Positions 45,472 to 55,671 of a DNA stretch of 64,000 nucleotides are shown here, piece after piece (the stretch's first letter is position 1; the number at the start of each line of letters is the position of its first letter). The translations under genes were made by a program, and so were the position numbers. Origin of the DNA: Planctomycetota bacterium (GTDB lineage: Bacteria > Planctomycetota > JAJSAM01 > JAJVHW01); the NCBI GenBank assembly GCA_965248445.1, contig CBDFJG010000002.1, positions 64,001 to 128,000 on the forward strand. The letters are read 5' to 3'. The notes below the pieces were generated by a model that worked only from the letters and a program-made list of their open reading frames with translations, was not told where the DNA came from and did not search any database.

Positions 45472-47856
45472 ATGACGAGACGCCCACGCAGTCGACCGCC
45501 CCTTGCCGTGATCGCGCTCTCCGTGCTGATCGCAGCGTGCAGCCACGACCCGCTCTCGGAACTGCGCGAGGATGCACCGGCCGTGGCGGAGGCGATCGAA
45601 CGGTCGCGCGAGACGAACCCCGACGCGTGGAAGCGCAAGGTCATCCTGCTCGCGTTCGACGCGTGCGATCCCGATCTGGTGGACCACTACATCCGGGCCG
45701 GGAAGCTGCCCAACTTCGCCCGGCTGCGCCGCGAGGGTACGCATGGCGTACTGGGATCGCTCGAGCCGGTGCTGTCCCCCGTGGTGTGGACGACCGTCTC
45801 GACCGGCATGGCACCTGAGCGGCACGGCATCCTCGACTTCGTGACGCAGACCCCTCGCGGCGTCGTGCCGGTGTCTTCCCGGCTGCGCCAGGCCGACACG
45901 ATGTGGGAGCTGATGGGCAGCGCCGGCGAGAACGTCGGCGTCGTGGCATGGCTCGTGTCGTGGCCGGCCGACCCGGTGAACGGTTACCTGGTGTCGGACC
46001 GTGAGGGGCTGTTGGCGTTCGAGGGGGACCGCTTCGAGCAGGGCTCGTCTCGCGAGCTGTCCTCGCACCCGCCCGAGCTGATCGACGGACTCGCACAAGA
46101 CCGCGTGACGATCGACGACCTGCCGCTCGACCGGATGCGTGCGTTCGTGGACGTAACCGAGACGGAGTGGGCGGACGCGTACACCACCACGTTCAAGGAC
46201 CCGCGCAACCTGCTCGGCGCGCTGCGGCTGATCATGTCGGACGCCGAGACGTTTCGTCGCGCCGGGACCCGGCTGCGTCGCGAGGAGGAGACGCGGTTCT
46301 TCGCCGCCTACTCGAACGCGATGGACTCGCTGTCGCACTACTTCATGCGGTACGCACCGCCGAAGATGCCGGAGATCTCCACCGAGGACTATCTGAAGTA
46401 CAAGGACGTGCTCGAGGCCAACTACCGCTGGCACGACCGGCTGCTCGGCGAGTACCTCGCGCTGGGCGACGAGTACACGACCGTCGTGGTCGTGTCGGAT
46501 CACGGCTTCAAGCACGGCGAGTACCGCCTGCCGCAGCCATCACACTTCCTGGCGAAGACGGGCGCGCAGTGGCACCGGTTCTACGGTGTCTTCTACGCGT
46601 GGGGTTACGGCGTGAAGCCGCAGCACCGCGTCACGGGCGCAACCGTGTTCGACATCGCGCCGACCGTGCTCGCATCGATGGGCTACCCGGTGCCCGACGA
46701 CATGCCGGGCAAGGTGCTCGAGGATGTCTTCGAAGGTGGTCTCCCCCACGAGACCGTCCCGACCTGGTTCGGCGAGCGGCGGCGGAAGGCGCTGGCAGCC
46801 GACTCGGCTCGTGACACGAACGAGGAAGGCCTCGGCGTCACTGCGATCGAGCGCGAGGAGATGGCCCGGCTGGCGGCGCTCGGCTACATCCAGGGCGATC
46901 ACAGCGACCCCGCGTCGACGACACTCAACCTCGCCAACCGCCTGCTGAGTCTCGGCCGCGTTCCGCGCGCAATCGAAGAGCTCGAGAAGCTCCTCACGAC
47001 GAGCGAGGGAGCGGGCCGTCCGCGCGTGCTGATGTCACTCGCCAGCGCACATCTCATGCTCGCCGGCGGGCTCAAGGAGCGAGCGCAGGACGACGACCTC
47101 GAGAAGTCCGCGGAGCACCACGAGAAGGCGAAGATCCTGATCGCGGAACTCGAGCAGATCGTGCAGGACCCCCTCGACGTGCTCCCCTTGCACGGCAAGC
47201 TCGCGCAGTACGAGGGGCGCCTCGAGGACGCGGAGCGCCTGGCGCGTGAACTCGTGACGCACCGCGGGTGGGCCTACAACGTCCACAACGTGCTCGCACT
47301 CGTGCTGCGCGCCCGCATGAACGCTGCGAAGGAGGCTGGCGATCTCGAGGCGGCCCTGCGATACCGCATCCAGGCGATCGAAGCGACACGCGCGGCGCTG
47401 CGACTCGAGCCGCGGCAGTGGTACGCGCTGAACCAGATCGCGGAGCTGCTGCTCGGATTGCCGGGAGACAACGAGACGCTGAAGGAGAACGCGGACGAGG
47501 CGCTCGAGCACCTGTCCGTCGCGATCGAGTTGCTCCCCGGCAGCCCGAAGGCGTGGAACAACCGCTCGATCGCCGAGATGCGCATCGGGATATGGTTGCG
47601 TCGCAAGCGGGACGACGAGGCTGCCGAGGCGAGCCTCGAGAGCGCGTTCGCGTCGAGCGAGCGGGCGCTCGAGGAACGGCCCGACTACGCACTCGGCTGG
47701 GCCAACCAGGCGTACATCCTGTGGCAGCTGGGACGGCTGCCCGAAGCGCGCGACGCCGCCCTCGAAGCGCGGCGAATCAAGCCGGATTACAGTTTCAACG
47801 TCCGCTTCGAAACGGCGCTGGGCGTGGCCGGCACGCCGCTGCCTCCGGCCGAGTGA
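45472..47856 (+). CDS. Lipoprotein: alkaline-phosphatase-superfamily (phosphodiesterase/NPP) domain + TPR repeats
   Basis: Lipobox IAAC; LAFDA; LSPVVWTTVSTG; VSDHGF; DIAPTVL; RLAALGYI; C-terminal TPRs. Confidence 0.9.
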   Translation: MTRRPRSRPPLAVIALSVLIAACSHDPLSELREDAPAVAEAIERSRETNPDAWKRKVILLAFDACDPDLVDHYIRAGKLPNFARLRREGTHGVLGSLEPVLSPVVWTTVSTGMAPERHGILDFVTQTPRGVVPVSSRLRQADTMWELMGSAGENVGVVAWLVSWPADPVNGYLVSDREGLLAFEGDRFEQGSSRELSSHPPELIDGLAQDRVTIDDLPLDRMRAFVDVTETEWADAYTTTFKDPRNLLGALRLIMSDAETFRRAGTRLRREEETRFFAAYSNAMDSLSHYFMRYAPPKMPEISTEDYLKYKDVLEANYRWHDRLLGEYLALGDEYTTVVVVSDHGFKHGEYRLPQPSHFLAKTGAQWHRFYGVFYAWGYGVKPQHRVTGATVFDIAPTVLASMGYPVPDDMPGKVLEDVFEGGLPHETVPTWFGERRRKALAADSARDTNEEGLGVTAIEREEMARLAALGYIQGDHSDPASTTLNLANRLLSLGRVPRAIEELEKLLTTSEGAGRPRVLMSLASAHLMLAGGLKERAQDDDLEKSAEHHEKAKILIAELEQIVQDPLDVLPLHGKLAQYEGRLEDAERLARELVTHRGWAYNVHNVLALVLRARMNAAKEAGDLEAALRYRIQAIEATRAALRLEPRQWYALNQIAELLLGLPGDNETLKENADEALEHLSVAIELLPGSPKAWNNRSIAEMRIGIWLRRKRDDEAAEASLESAFASSERALEERPDYALGWANQAYILWQLGRLPEARDAALEARRIKPDYSFNVRFETALGVAGTPLPPAE

Positions 47857-47859
47857 CCG

Positions 47860-49551
47860 TCACGCCTCGGCGGCCGGCGGCGACTTGCCGCGGACCAGCG
47901 TCAGCACGCCCTCCACGATGATCGCGAGCGCGAGCGCGAGCAGGACGACTGCGGGAATGAGTACGGCCTTCACGCTGACGTCCTTGAGCAGCTCACCGCG
48001 AATCAGGTGCACGAGCCCCGACACGGTGATCACCGCCAGGAAGATGGCGGGCAGCCCGGTGAACCAGAGCGGCTTGCCGCGCTTCTTCAGCCAGACCGTC
48101 ACGACGAGCAGAGTCAGCGCTCCGAGCATCTGGTTGGACGCGCCGAACACCGGCCAGATGTGCTTCCAGAGTTCGCGCCCGTCACCGGCCTGCACGACCA
48201 GGAACAGCGGGGTGAAAGCCGCGATCGCGCTCGCGATGTAGCGGTTCGACAGCGCCGGGGCCTTCCACGCACGGCCGAGTTCCCCAAGGCAGTACCTCTG
48301 GATGCGGCACGCGCTGTCGAGCGTCGTCGCGGCGAACGAGATGACGATCACCGCGACGATCGCGTTTGCGATGTCGTCGGACATGTCGCCGAACCCGCCT
48401 TGCAGGAGGTTCGACGTGCCGCTCACGAATGCGGCGAGCGGGTTGACCCGCGCATCCCCGCCGTAGTGCATGTGCCAGTCAGCCGAGCTGAAGCCCGCAG
48501 CGACCGCCATCGTCGCCGCGACAGCCAGACATCCCTCGCCGAGCATGCTGCCGTAGCCGATGGAGCGCGCGTGGCGCAACGACGAGATCTGCTTGGACGT
48601 CGTGCCACTCGCCACGAGCGAGTGGAAACCGCTGATGGCGCCGCAGGCGATCGTCACGAACAAGAACGGGAACATCGGTCCGACGAACTTCGGGTCGTCG
48701 TTGATGGCGGGTGCGGTGATCTCGGGATTGCCGATGAGGATCGCGGCGTAGATCGCGCCGAGCCCCACGAACAACTGGTGGCTGTTGATGAAGTCGCGAG
48801 GCTGCAACAGCACCCACACGGGGAGCAGGCACGTGACGAACGAGTAGGCCAGGAGCAGGAACGTCCAGATTTGGACGCTGCTGAACCCGGCCATCGCCGG
48901 GATCTCCAGTTGCAGCGACGGGTCGGTCGCTGTGAAGAAGACCGATCCCCACATCACGCCGAGCGCCGCGATGCTCGGGTAGATGATCCCGCCCTTCCGC
49001 TTGTAGACCCACCACCCGACCGCGATCGCGATGGGTATCTCGAGGTTCACAGGGATGACGCTCGCGGGGAACTTCACGAACAGCCCGGCGATGATGGACG
49101 CGAACGCTGCGAGCACGAGCCACGTCAGCACGACGATGAGACACAGGAACAGCGCCCGCGGCCGCTCCCCGATCAGTTCGCCGGCGATGTCCCCGACGCT
49201 CTTGCCGGAGTGCCGCACGGACATGACCAGCGCGCTGAAGTCGTGCATCGCGCCGATGAACACGACACCGAACACGATCCAGAGCATCGCCGGCACCCAG
49301 CCGTAGCTGCACGCCACGGCCGGCCCCACGATCGGCGCCGCCCCGGCGATGCTGGTGAAGTGGTGGCCCAGGACGACGTGCTTGCCGGTCGGCACGTAGT
49401 CGACGCCGTCCTCCATCGTCGTCGCCGGCGTCGGCGTGTCGTCCTCGGCGCACTCGAGGATGTGGACGGCGAAGAACCGGGAGTAGAAGCGATGCGCGAG
49501 GCCGAAGACGACGAGCGCCACACAAACCCAGAACGCCGCGTGCGTGAGCAT
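47860..49551 (-). CDS. cstA: Carbon starvation protein A (peptide/pyruvate transporter)
   Basis: DGVDYVPT; GHHFTSIAGAAPIVGP; LLQPRDFIN; TIACGAISGFH; IWPVFGASNQ. Confidence 0.96.
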   Translation of the reverse strand: MLTHAAFWVCVALVVFGLAHRFYSRFFAVHILECAEDDTPTPATTMEDGVDYVPTGKHVVLGHHFTSIAGAAPIVGPAVACSYGWVPAMLWIVFGVVFIGAMHDFSALVMSVRHSGKSVGDIAGELIGERPRALFLCLIVVLTWLVLAAFASIIAGLFVKFPASVIPVNLEIPIAIAVGWWVYKRKGGIIYPSIAALGVMWGSVFFTATDPSLQLEIPAMAGFSSVQIWTFLLLAYSFVTCLLPVWVLLQPRDFINSHQLFVGLGAIYAAILIGNPEITAPAINDDPKFVGPMFPFLFVTIACGAISGFHSLVASGTTSKQISSLRHARSIGYGSMLGEGCLAVAATMAVAAGFSSADWHMHYGGDARVNPLAAFVSGTSNLLQGGFGDMSDDIANAIVAVIVISFAATTLDSACRIQRYCLGELGRAWKAPALSNRYIASAIAAFTPLFLVVQAGDGRELWKHIWPVFGASNQMLGALTLLVVTVWLKKRGKPLWFTGLPAIFLAVITVSGLVHLIRGELLKDVSVKAVLIPAVVLLALALAIIVEGVLTLVRGKSPPAAEA

Positions 49552-49606
49552 GGATTAGGAGTATCGTTCGGCCAGACGGCTGCATCAAGCAGACGAGGGA
49601 CGAGGT

Positions 49607-49831
49607 ATGCGCAAGGCGAAGTTGATAGCGGCAGTCGTGATGCTCCTGCTCGCGGCGATCGTGGTGCTCCAGAACACGGACACGGTGCAGACGGACATCC
49701 TCTGGATCCACGTCGAGATGCCGCGTGTGGTCCTGCTCGCTGTCACGCTCATATTCGGCGTGATCGGCGGGTACCTGCTCGCAGCGTGGCGGCATCGCCG
49801 CTCGACCGCGAAGTCGGCGCGTGCGGAGTAG
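49607..49831 (+). CDS. LapA/DUF1049-family small membrane protein
   Basis: Two TM helices with LQNT..V....LW....MP pattern. Confidence 0.8.
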   Translation: MRKAKLIAAVVMLLLAAIVVLQNTDTVQTDILWIHVEMPRVVLLAVTLIFGVIGGYLLAAWRHRRSTAKSARAE

Positions 49832-49837
49832 AGAGCG

Positions 49838-50578
49838 CTACAGCAGCTCCATCTCGCGCAGCTTCTCCAGGACGCCGTTCCACCGTTTCTTGCCGATCCG
49901 GTACCGGAGTTCGTCGGCCTGGTCCTCGAGGATCGAGACGCCCTTGCCCTTGGGCGGGTGCAGGCAGCTGAACTCCTGGATGTCGTCCGCCTCGTCCGGC
50001 TCGGCCTCGCGCATCAGCGGGCTGCCGTAGCCGGTCACGAGAACCTCGTCATCGTTCTCGAGCAGGTAGAGCGGGAACAGGCAGCACGTCTCCGGCTTGT
50101 AGTCGCGGAACTCCTTTCCGTTGTTCACGGCCCACTCGTGGATCGTGCACCACGGGCGGTCGCCCTTGGGGGCGGACAGGAACACGCAGGCGCCGGACGG
50201 TCGGTCCTCGAGGAACAACTCGTCGTCCTCGATGTACCACCAGCCGTCCGCCTCCTCGATCGCGGCGTCCACGTCACGGATCTTTCGGACCTCGTCGACG
50301 CACTTCGACACGCGCTCGACGTCGTCCTTCTCGAGGGGGACGTTGAACGTGGTGCAGCACGTCTTGCCGGTGAGTTTGCTCATACGGTTCGTGGTCATGC
50401 AGATGCCGTCGGAGCACGCCGTCATGCGCTGGACCGCGCCGGGGATGTCCACGAAGACGTCACCGATCCGCACGACGGTCTTCATCTTGCGAAGCCGCTT
50501 GAACATCTTCTCGATGCGGATGTCGTCCTCATCCCGCTCGTCTTCGTCTTCGTGCTTCTTCTTGTGGGCCTTGACCAC
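49838..50578 (-). CDS. Cys-cluster protein (DUF3109/YkgJ-like)
   Basis: C-x4-C...CC...GACVFL...CTIH...KPETCCLFPL; RBS GGAGG before GTG. Confidence 0.8.
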   Translation of the reverse strand: MVKAHKKKHEDEDERDEDDIRIEKMFKRLRKMKTVVRIGDVFVDIPGAVQRMTACSDGICMTTNRMSKLTGKTCCTTFNVPLEKDDVERVSKCVDEVRKIRDVDAAIEEADGWWYIEDDELFLEDRPSGACVFLSAPKGDRPWCTIHEWAVNNGKEFRDYKPETCCLFPLYLLENDDEVLVTGYGSPLMREAEPDEADDIQEFSCLHPPKGKGVSILEDQADELRYRIGKKRWNGVLEKLREMELL

Positions 50579-50631
50579 CTGCGTTCCTCCGAGGGAGCGG
50601 AGATGGTAGACCGGACTGCGGACGAAACGCA

Positions 50632-51216
50632 GTGACACCCAGCGACCTTCCGCCGATCGATCCCGACGCCGCTCGCCTCGCGGCGAGCGCGCTGCGCCCC
50701 GGCGAGGAGATCGTGTGGGCCGGACGCCCTGACGAGAGGCGCACCGCACGGCGGGATCCGCGTCTCGTGGGTCTCGGCATCTTCTGGTCAGTCCTGGCCG
50801 GGGCGGCGTTCTACGGGTTCGCCGTCACGCTGCTGTCCGACGAGTACGGAGGCTTGCCGATCGCCGTCCGCATCGTTGCGCTCACCGTCTGCGCTGCGCC
50901 GTTCCTGCTCGCCGCCGTCTACATGCTCGGCGGCCACGTCTCCTTGCGCCGCCGGACCCGCAGCCGCACGGGCTACGTCGTCACCGCCGACCGCGTGCTG
51001 GTGACGTCGCCGGCGCTCGGCGCATTCGGCAGGCCGCGGGTCCGTGAGCTGGATCGCGATAGCATCGGCCGCGTGGATGTCGAGGAGCCGGCCTGCGGGG
51101 GCGTGGCCGACATCACGGTGACCGACGCGACCGGCCGGCACCCGGCGGTGACACTCCAGCTCGTGCGTGGAGCTGAGGTCGTCGCCGAACTCCTGCGCGC
51201 GCAGGCGGCGGGCTGA
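50632..51216 (+). CDS. Membrane protein with bacterial PH-like domain
   Basis: LRPGEEIVWAGRP; two TM helices; T.YVVTADRVL. Confidence 0.75.
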   Translation: MTPSDLPPIDPDAARLAASALRPGEEIVWAGRPDERRTARRDPRLVGLGIFWSVLAGAAFYGFAVTLLSDEYGGLPIAVRIVALTVCAAPFLLAAVYMLGGHVSLRRRTRSRTGYVVTADRVLVTSPALGAFGRPRVRELDRDSIGRVDVEEPACGGVADITVTDATGRHPAVTLQLVRGAEVVAELLRAQAAG

Positions 51217-51284
51217 TCCCTCGATCCGGTGCGGCGCGGCTACCATGGATCACTTACGCCTCGATCCGGAGATCCCCGCTCGCC

Positions 51285-53534
51285 ATGCGACCTCACTTCC
51301 TAGCCCTCGCCACCCTCCTCGCCGCCGGTCTCCTGGCCAGTCCGGCCGAGGGGTTCATCGAGACCCACCTGAACGAGATCAACGACCCGGTGGCGGGGGC
51401 GGTAGCAGACCGGGTGACCGTACTCGACAACCAAGGTGACCTCTCGAAGGAGCAGAAGAAGGAGCGGTCACGCCTCGCGAAGCTCGCCAAGAAGCTCGCC
51501 AAGAAGCCGGCTCGCGTGCTCAAAGACGACTTCAAGAACCTGAAGAAGGCCGGCAGCACGGCCAAGAAGCTCGGCGTCGCGGTGATCAGCATCGAAAACG
51601 GTCTCGACGAGACCTTCGGGTTGGCGGAACTCGCGCTCGGCGAGCGACGCGCATTGGTCGAGGACCACGTCGTTCTGATCACCGACCTGAAACAGCTCGG
51701 CAAGGTGACCAAGACCCTCGAGAAGTACGGCGCCGCGCGCTCGGCGGCGACCACGGCGGAGGGCGCCTCGGACCACGCAACGCGCGCGAAGCAACTCGGC
51801 AAGGCAGAGGTCGCGGTCACCAAGGCGCTCAAGAAGGCCGAGAAGTTCGCGCAGCAGGCGGTGAATGAGGACCGGACCGGCGAGCTCAGCATGCCGCCGG
51901 TGCGTCTGCGCTCGGGCGACGAGGTCGGTTCTGGTGGCGCGCGCATCGCGATCCCGGACGAAGCCGACTCCCCCGTCGCCCGCGCGTCCGTGCTGGTCCC
52001 GCCGGGAGCGCTCTCCTCGCCGACACAGATCACGATCGAAGCGGCGGACGACATCGTCGGCGACCGCGACGTGCCCGTCGGACCCGGAGTCCGCTTTCTC
52101 CCTGCGGGAACACAGTTCAGCCAGCTCGTGACGGTCTCGGTCCCCTACCTGCTGCCCGACGGCGCCAATCCGAACGACCTTGCCGTCTTCCACTTCGACG
52201 GCGCGACCACGGACGCGACGCTCGCCGTCGTGCGCGGGCCGAACGCCACCGTCTCCGCGCAGTTCGACTCGTTCTCCGAGTTCCAGGCCGGTCTGCTGGC
52301 GCCTCCCGAGGGAGCGCCGTCGGGGACGTACCAGTCCGAGATGTTCGTCGTGTTGCACCGGCTGGACGACCAGGACCAGGACGAGACCGACCGCCGGGTC
52401 GAGATCTTCGAGCAGGGCATCACGTTCCGGGCCGACGACACGGGCTCGGCGCCAGTCGGCACCGCCCCCCTGATCGCGCGCGGCTTCCTCTCCGCCGCAC
52501 CGCACCACGACACGACCGCGTTCGCTTCGATCCTCGGAGGCTTCGAATTCGAGTGGACGCAGGTTGACGACGGGATCTTCACGTTCGTGTTCCCGGCCGC
52601 CGGAGAGCAGGTCACCGCGGACGGGGTCGTCTCAACCGACGGCAGCGTCATCGCGTACACCGGTCGCACCGACGAGTTCGACTTCTTCGCCGTCGGCGTG
52701 CGCAAGGGCACGGGCGTCACGACCGCCGATATCGACGGACGCTGGTTCGGCGTCGAACTGGGGGCACGCTTCGGAAACGCCGGAACGGAGCCGTTCTCGA
52801 CGCGTTGGCACGCCTCGTACACCGCGTTCGACGCCGACGGCACCACGGGCGATCTCACGTTCGATTCATCCGGCGAGATCTTCCAGCGGGACGTGCAGTA
52901 CAACACCGATCTGGCAACACCGGGCCACGTCGTGACCACGCAGATCATCGCGGACAGTGGTGTGCAGAACGTGTTCGTCCTCCCCGACGGCGCGGTGTTC
53001 AGTGCGGACACTGCGGTCCGCGGGCAGTTCAACGTCGATGCGGGCGTGATGGCTGTCGCCACGATCGACCTGCTCAATCACAACGTGGCCCTGATGATCG
53101 CGGCAAAGCAGCCGGCGACGGTGCCGGCGAACACGTTCGAGGGCGACTACCACTTCGCGCGCTTCGATCTCGAGCCGCGGCAGGACAGCCTCGAGTCCAC
53201 GACGTCGCACCTCGACATCGACACGGCGACCGGCCTGCTCTCGGTGGACGGCGCCGGGACGGCGACGCTCTCGCTCGACCCGCTGACGCGAGCCACGTAC
53301 TCCATCAGCGGGCTTCCCCCGCTCAACAACATGACCTGGACGAGCACGGGCTCCACCGAGGTCATCGACGTGCTCGACGCGAACTTTGACCTCTCGCTCG
53401 ACGCCGCGGGCAATCACCGGGGCGATCCCGCCGCCCGCTACTACGGCGTGTCGGGCGACGGCAACATCGTGCTCTCGATCGCGCCCGGCGAACTGGGCCG
53501 CGTGCTGCGGGGGATCGGGATCGGTCTCAAGTAG
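51285..53534 (+). CDS. Secreted multidomain protein: basic helical N-domain, ZU5-like domain, beta-rich repeats
   Basis: Signal peptide; VLVPPGAL...ITI...GPGVRFLPAGTQFSQLVTVSVPY...FS.F (ZU5-like). Confidence 0.78.
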   Translation: MRPHFLALATLLAAGLLASPAEGFIETHLNEINDPVAGAVADRVTVLDNQGDLSKEQKKERSRLAKLAKKLAKKPARVLKDDFKNLKKAGSTAKKLGVAVISIENGLDETFGLAELALGERRALVEDHVVLITDLKQLGKVTKTLEKYGAARSAATTAEGASDHATRAKQLGKAEVAVTKALKKAEKFAQQAVNEDRTGELSMPPVRLRSGDEVGSGGARIAIPDEADSPVARASVLVPPGALSSPTQITIEAADDIVGDRDVPVGPGVRFLPAGTQFSQLVTVSVPYLLPDGANPNDLAVFHFDGATTDATLAVVRGPNATVSAQFDSFSEFQAGLLAPPEGAPSGTYQSEMFVVLHRLDDQDQDETDRRVEIFEQGITFRADDTGSAPVGTAPLIARGFLSAAPHHDTTAFASILGGFEFEWTQVDDGIFTFVFPAAGEQVTADGVVSTDGSVIAYTGRTDEFDFFAVGVRKGTGVTTADIDGRWFGVELGARFGNAGTEPFSTRWHASYTAFDADGTTGDLTFDSSGEIFQRDVQYNTDLATPGHVVTTQIIADSGVQNVFVLPDGAVFSADTAVRGQFNVDAGVMAVATIDLLNHNVALMIAAKQPATVPANTFEGDYHFARFDLEPRQDSLESTTSHLDIDTATGLLSVDGAGTATLSLDPLTRATYSISGLPPLNNMTWTSTGSTEVIDVLDANFDLSLDAAGNHRGDPAARYYGVSGDGNIVLSIAPGELGRVLRGIGIGLK

Positions 53535-53559
53535 CTCGCCATGTGCGTAGCATGGCGGC

Positions 53560-54045
53560 GTGTACCAAGTCGCGGTGCTGCCACCGCCTGAAGCGCTCGG
53601 CGACGTGGAGGAGTTTCGGCGCCTCCACGATCCTGCATTCCACCGGCTGCCGGCACACGTGCCGCTCCTGCCGCCGTTCGAACCGATCCGGCGGGACTTC
53701 CTGGCGCGCTTCGATGCGTTCCGCTCGCCGCCGATCACCGTCTCGTTCGGAGAGGCAGTGGCCGGCGATTGCACACTCGGGCTGACCGTCGTGCGGGGAC
53801 ACGACGAGCTGCTCGCCATGCGCGACGCGCTCGGTCACGCTCTGCTCGACGAGGCCGCTCCCCGGGCCGAGGGCCCGCCGTGCCTACGCGTGGGCCTGTT
53901 CGGTGCCGACGCCGAGTTGGAACTCGCCCGTCGTGCGCTCGGGACGGCTCCGGCGCTTCCGCCACTCACGATCCGCATGCTGACGCTGTTGCTCGAGGAC
54001 GTGCGGGGCATCTGGCACCCGGTCCGGGAGCGCGTGCTCAGGTAG
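53560..54045 (+). CDS. 2H-phosphoesterase / 2'-5' RNA ligase-like protein, degenerate
   Basis: FRRLHDP....PAHVPLLPPF; second motif PCLRVG lacks His; TAGCAT 6 nt before GTG. Confidence 0.7.
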   Translation: MYQVAVLPPPEALGDVEEFRRLHDPAFHRLPAHVPLLPPFEPIRRDFLARFDAFRSPPITVSFGEAVAGDCTLGLTVVRGHDELLAMRDALGHALLDEAAPRAEGPPCLRVGLFGADAELELARRALGTAPALPPLTIRMLTLLLEDVRGIWHPVRERVLR

Positions 54046-55366
54046 CGGTGTCGGACTCGTCCCGCGGGAGCAGGATCGCGCCCGCACCCATCAGTGCGAG
54101 CGTGCCCCACCCGAGCGTGCAGAACGCGCTGCACCACGCCGCGCCCGGGCGGCCGAGCAGCGACGACGAATCCGTATTCTGCAACACGGCGAACAGGAGC
54201 GCGAGCGCAAGCGATGCCTTGAGCCACGAGGGGTGCTGCACCGTGTGCCGGCGGCACGCGCGGACGAGAGCCGTCGTCACCGCGATCCCGAGCATCATCG
54301 CGTACAGGAAGTGCGGCGCGCGCGCCTCGGGCGAGAGCAGCAACAACGCCGCGAGGAAGAGACCGCCCTCGAGCGCCGCGCCGGGCATCCGCCAGGCCCG
54401 CAGCCGGACCCGACAACGCCAGAGAACGAGTGCAACCACGCCGAAGGAGAGGACGAGCACCAAGGGTTGGAGCACTCCCGGCGGCAGCTCGAACAGCGCC
54501 ACGTCCAGGTCGAAGTGCTTGTTGCCGCGCCCCGTCTGATAGTGGACGTCGCCGAACACGCGATAGAAGAACGACTTGATCGAGTGTCCCGGCAGATCGG
54601 TCGACGCCGCAGAGGCATAGTGGTGCGTGCGAATCTCGAAGTACTGGACGGTCAGCGACGTCGCACGTGACGGTCCGAGCACCAGAGCCGGCAGGCCCCA
54701 TCCGATCGCGGCGATCCCGGCCACCGTCGCTCCCAACGCCTTCCAGCGGCGCTTCCACGCGAACCAGATGATCAGGAAGACGGGCATGAACTTCACGACG
54801 GCGCCGAACGCCGCCAAGAGTCCGGCGCTCTTGTCCCAGCCGCGCGAGAGCAGGAGGACTGCCAGCGTCGCAGACGCGATCGCTGTCGGATTCAGCTGGC
54901 CGAGCTGCAGGTTGTCGTTGGCGACGCGCAGCAGCACGAGCAGCGGAATCAGCGCCCACGTCCACTTCAGACCTCCGGCCGCTGCCCGCCAACACGCCAC
55001 GAACATCGTGGCGATCAGCAAACCGTTCCAGAACGTCCACAGAACGCTTCCTGAACGTGGGTGCAGGGCTCCGAACGGAGCGATCAGAACCGCCGTCGCA
55101 GGCAGATACTTGAAGTTCTTCTCGTGCAGATCGTCGGCGTCTTCGCCTTCTGTCCGCAGTTCCTCCGCGCGCTCTTCCGCATACACGTGCTGGCCGCGCA
55201 AGTACTGCTTGTCGTAGAGCTTGTCCGCCTTGCCCGTCGCCACGAGGCGGCCCGCGCGGTGGTAGCGCAAGAAGTCGCCGGGCACGTCCCGCGAGAACGT
55301 CGAGCGAAACGCCGCCACCGACGCAAACACGAGAACGATGATCAGCGCGATGCGGCGGCGGCTCAT
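54038..55366 (-). CDS. GT87/DUF2029 (GT-C) integral membrane glycosyltransferase
   Basis: DFLRY...LY...FKYLP; LGQLN; AVVKFMP; SP.AR.PH; about 10 TM helices. Confidence 0.88.
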   Translation of the reverse strand: MSRRRIALIIVLVFASVAAFRSTFSRDVPGDFLRYHRAGRLVATGKADKLYDKQYLRGQHVYAEERAEELRTEGEDADDLHEKNFKYLPATAVLIAPFGALHPRSGSVLWTFWNGLLIATMFVACWRAAAGGLKWTWALIPLLVLLRVANDNLQLGQLNPTAIASATLAVLLLSRGWDKSAGLLAAFGAVVKFMPVFLIIWFAWKRRWKALGATVAGIAAIGWGLPALVLGPSRATSLTVQYFEIRTHHYASAASTDLPGHSIKSFFYRVFGDVHYQTGRGNKHFDLDVALFELPPGVLQPLVLVLSFGVVALVLWRCRVRLRAWRMPGAALEGGLFLAALLLLSPEARAPHFLYAMMLGIAVTTALVRACRRHTVQHPSWLKASLALALLFAVLQNTDSSSLLGRPGAAWCSAFCTLGWGTLALMGAGAILLPRDESDTAT

Positions 55367-55671
55367 CACTCGGCGGCCTCGCTCGCCACACGACGTGCGC
55401 GGTAGATCAGGTGCAGATTGCGCGCGTACACGAACACACCGAACAGCTGGCCGAGGAAGATCGGCGGCGACTTGATGAGAAGCGCGTAGATCAGCGTCAG
55501 CAAGCCACCGGTGATCGAGATCCACCAGAACGCGACGGGGATGACGCTCTCTTTCTTCCGCTCGGACGCAATCCACTGAACGAGGAACCTGCTGGCCCAG
55601 ATTCCCTGTGCCACGAAGCCGAGGATGTGAATCGGCTCCTTGAACTGCTCTAGGAAATCGAGGACGGTCAC
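55366..55671 (-). CDS. Lipid-A-disaccharide synthase N-terminal-domain (LAB_N) small membrane protein
   Basis: GFVAQ....RFLVQWIASERKKESVIPVAFWWIS..GG...L.Y...GQ......YARNL. Confidence 0.93.
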   Translation of the reverse strand: MTVLDFLEQFKEPIHILGFVAQGIWASRFLVQWIASERKKESVIPVAFWWISITGGLLTLIYALLIKSPPIFLGQLFGVFVYARNLHLIYRARRVASEAAE

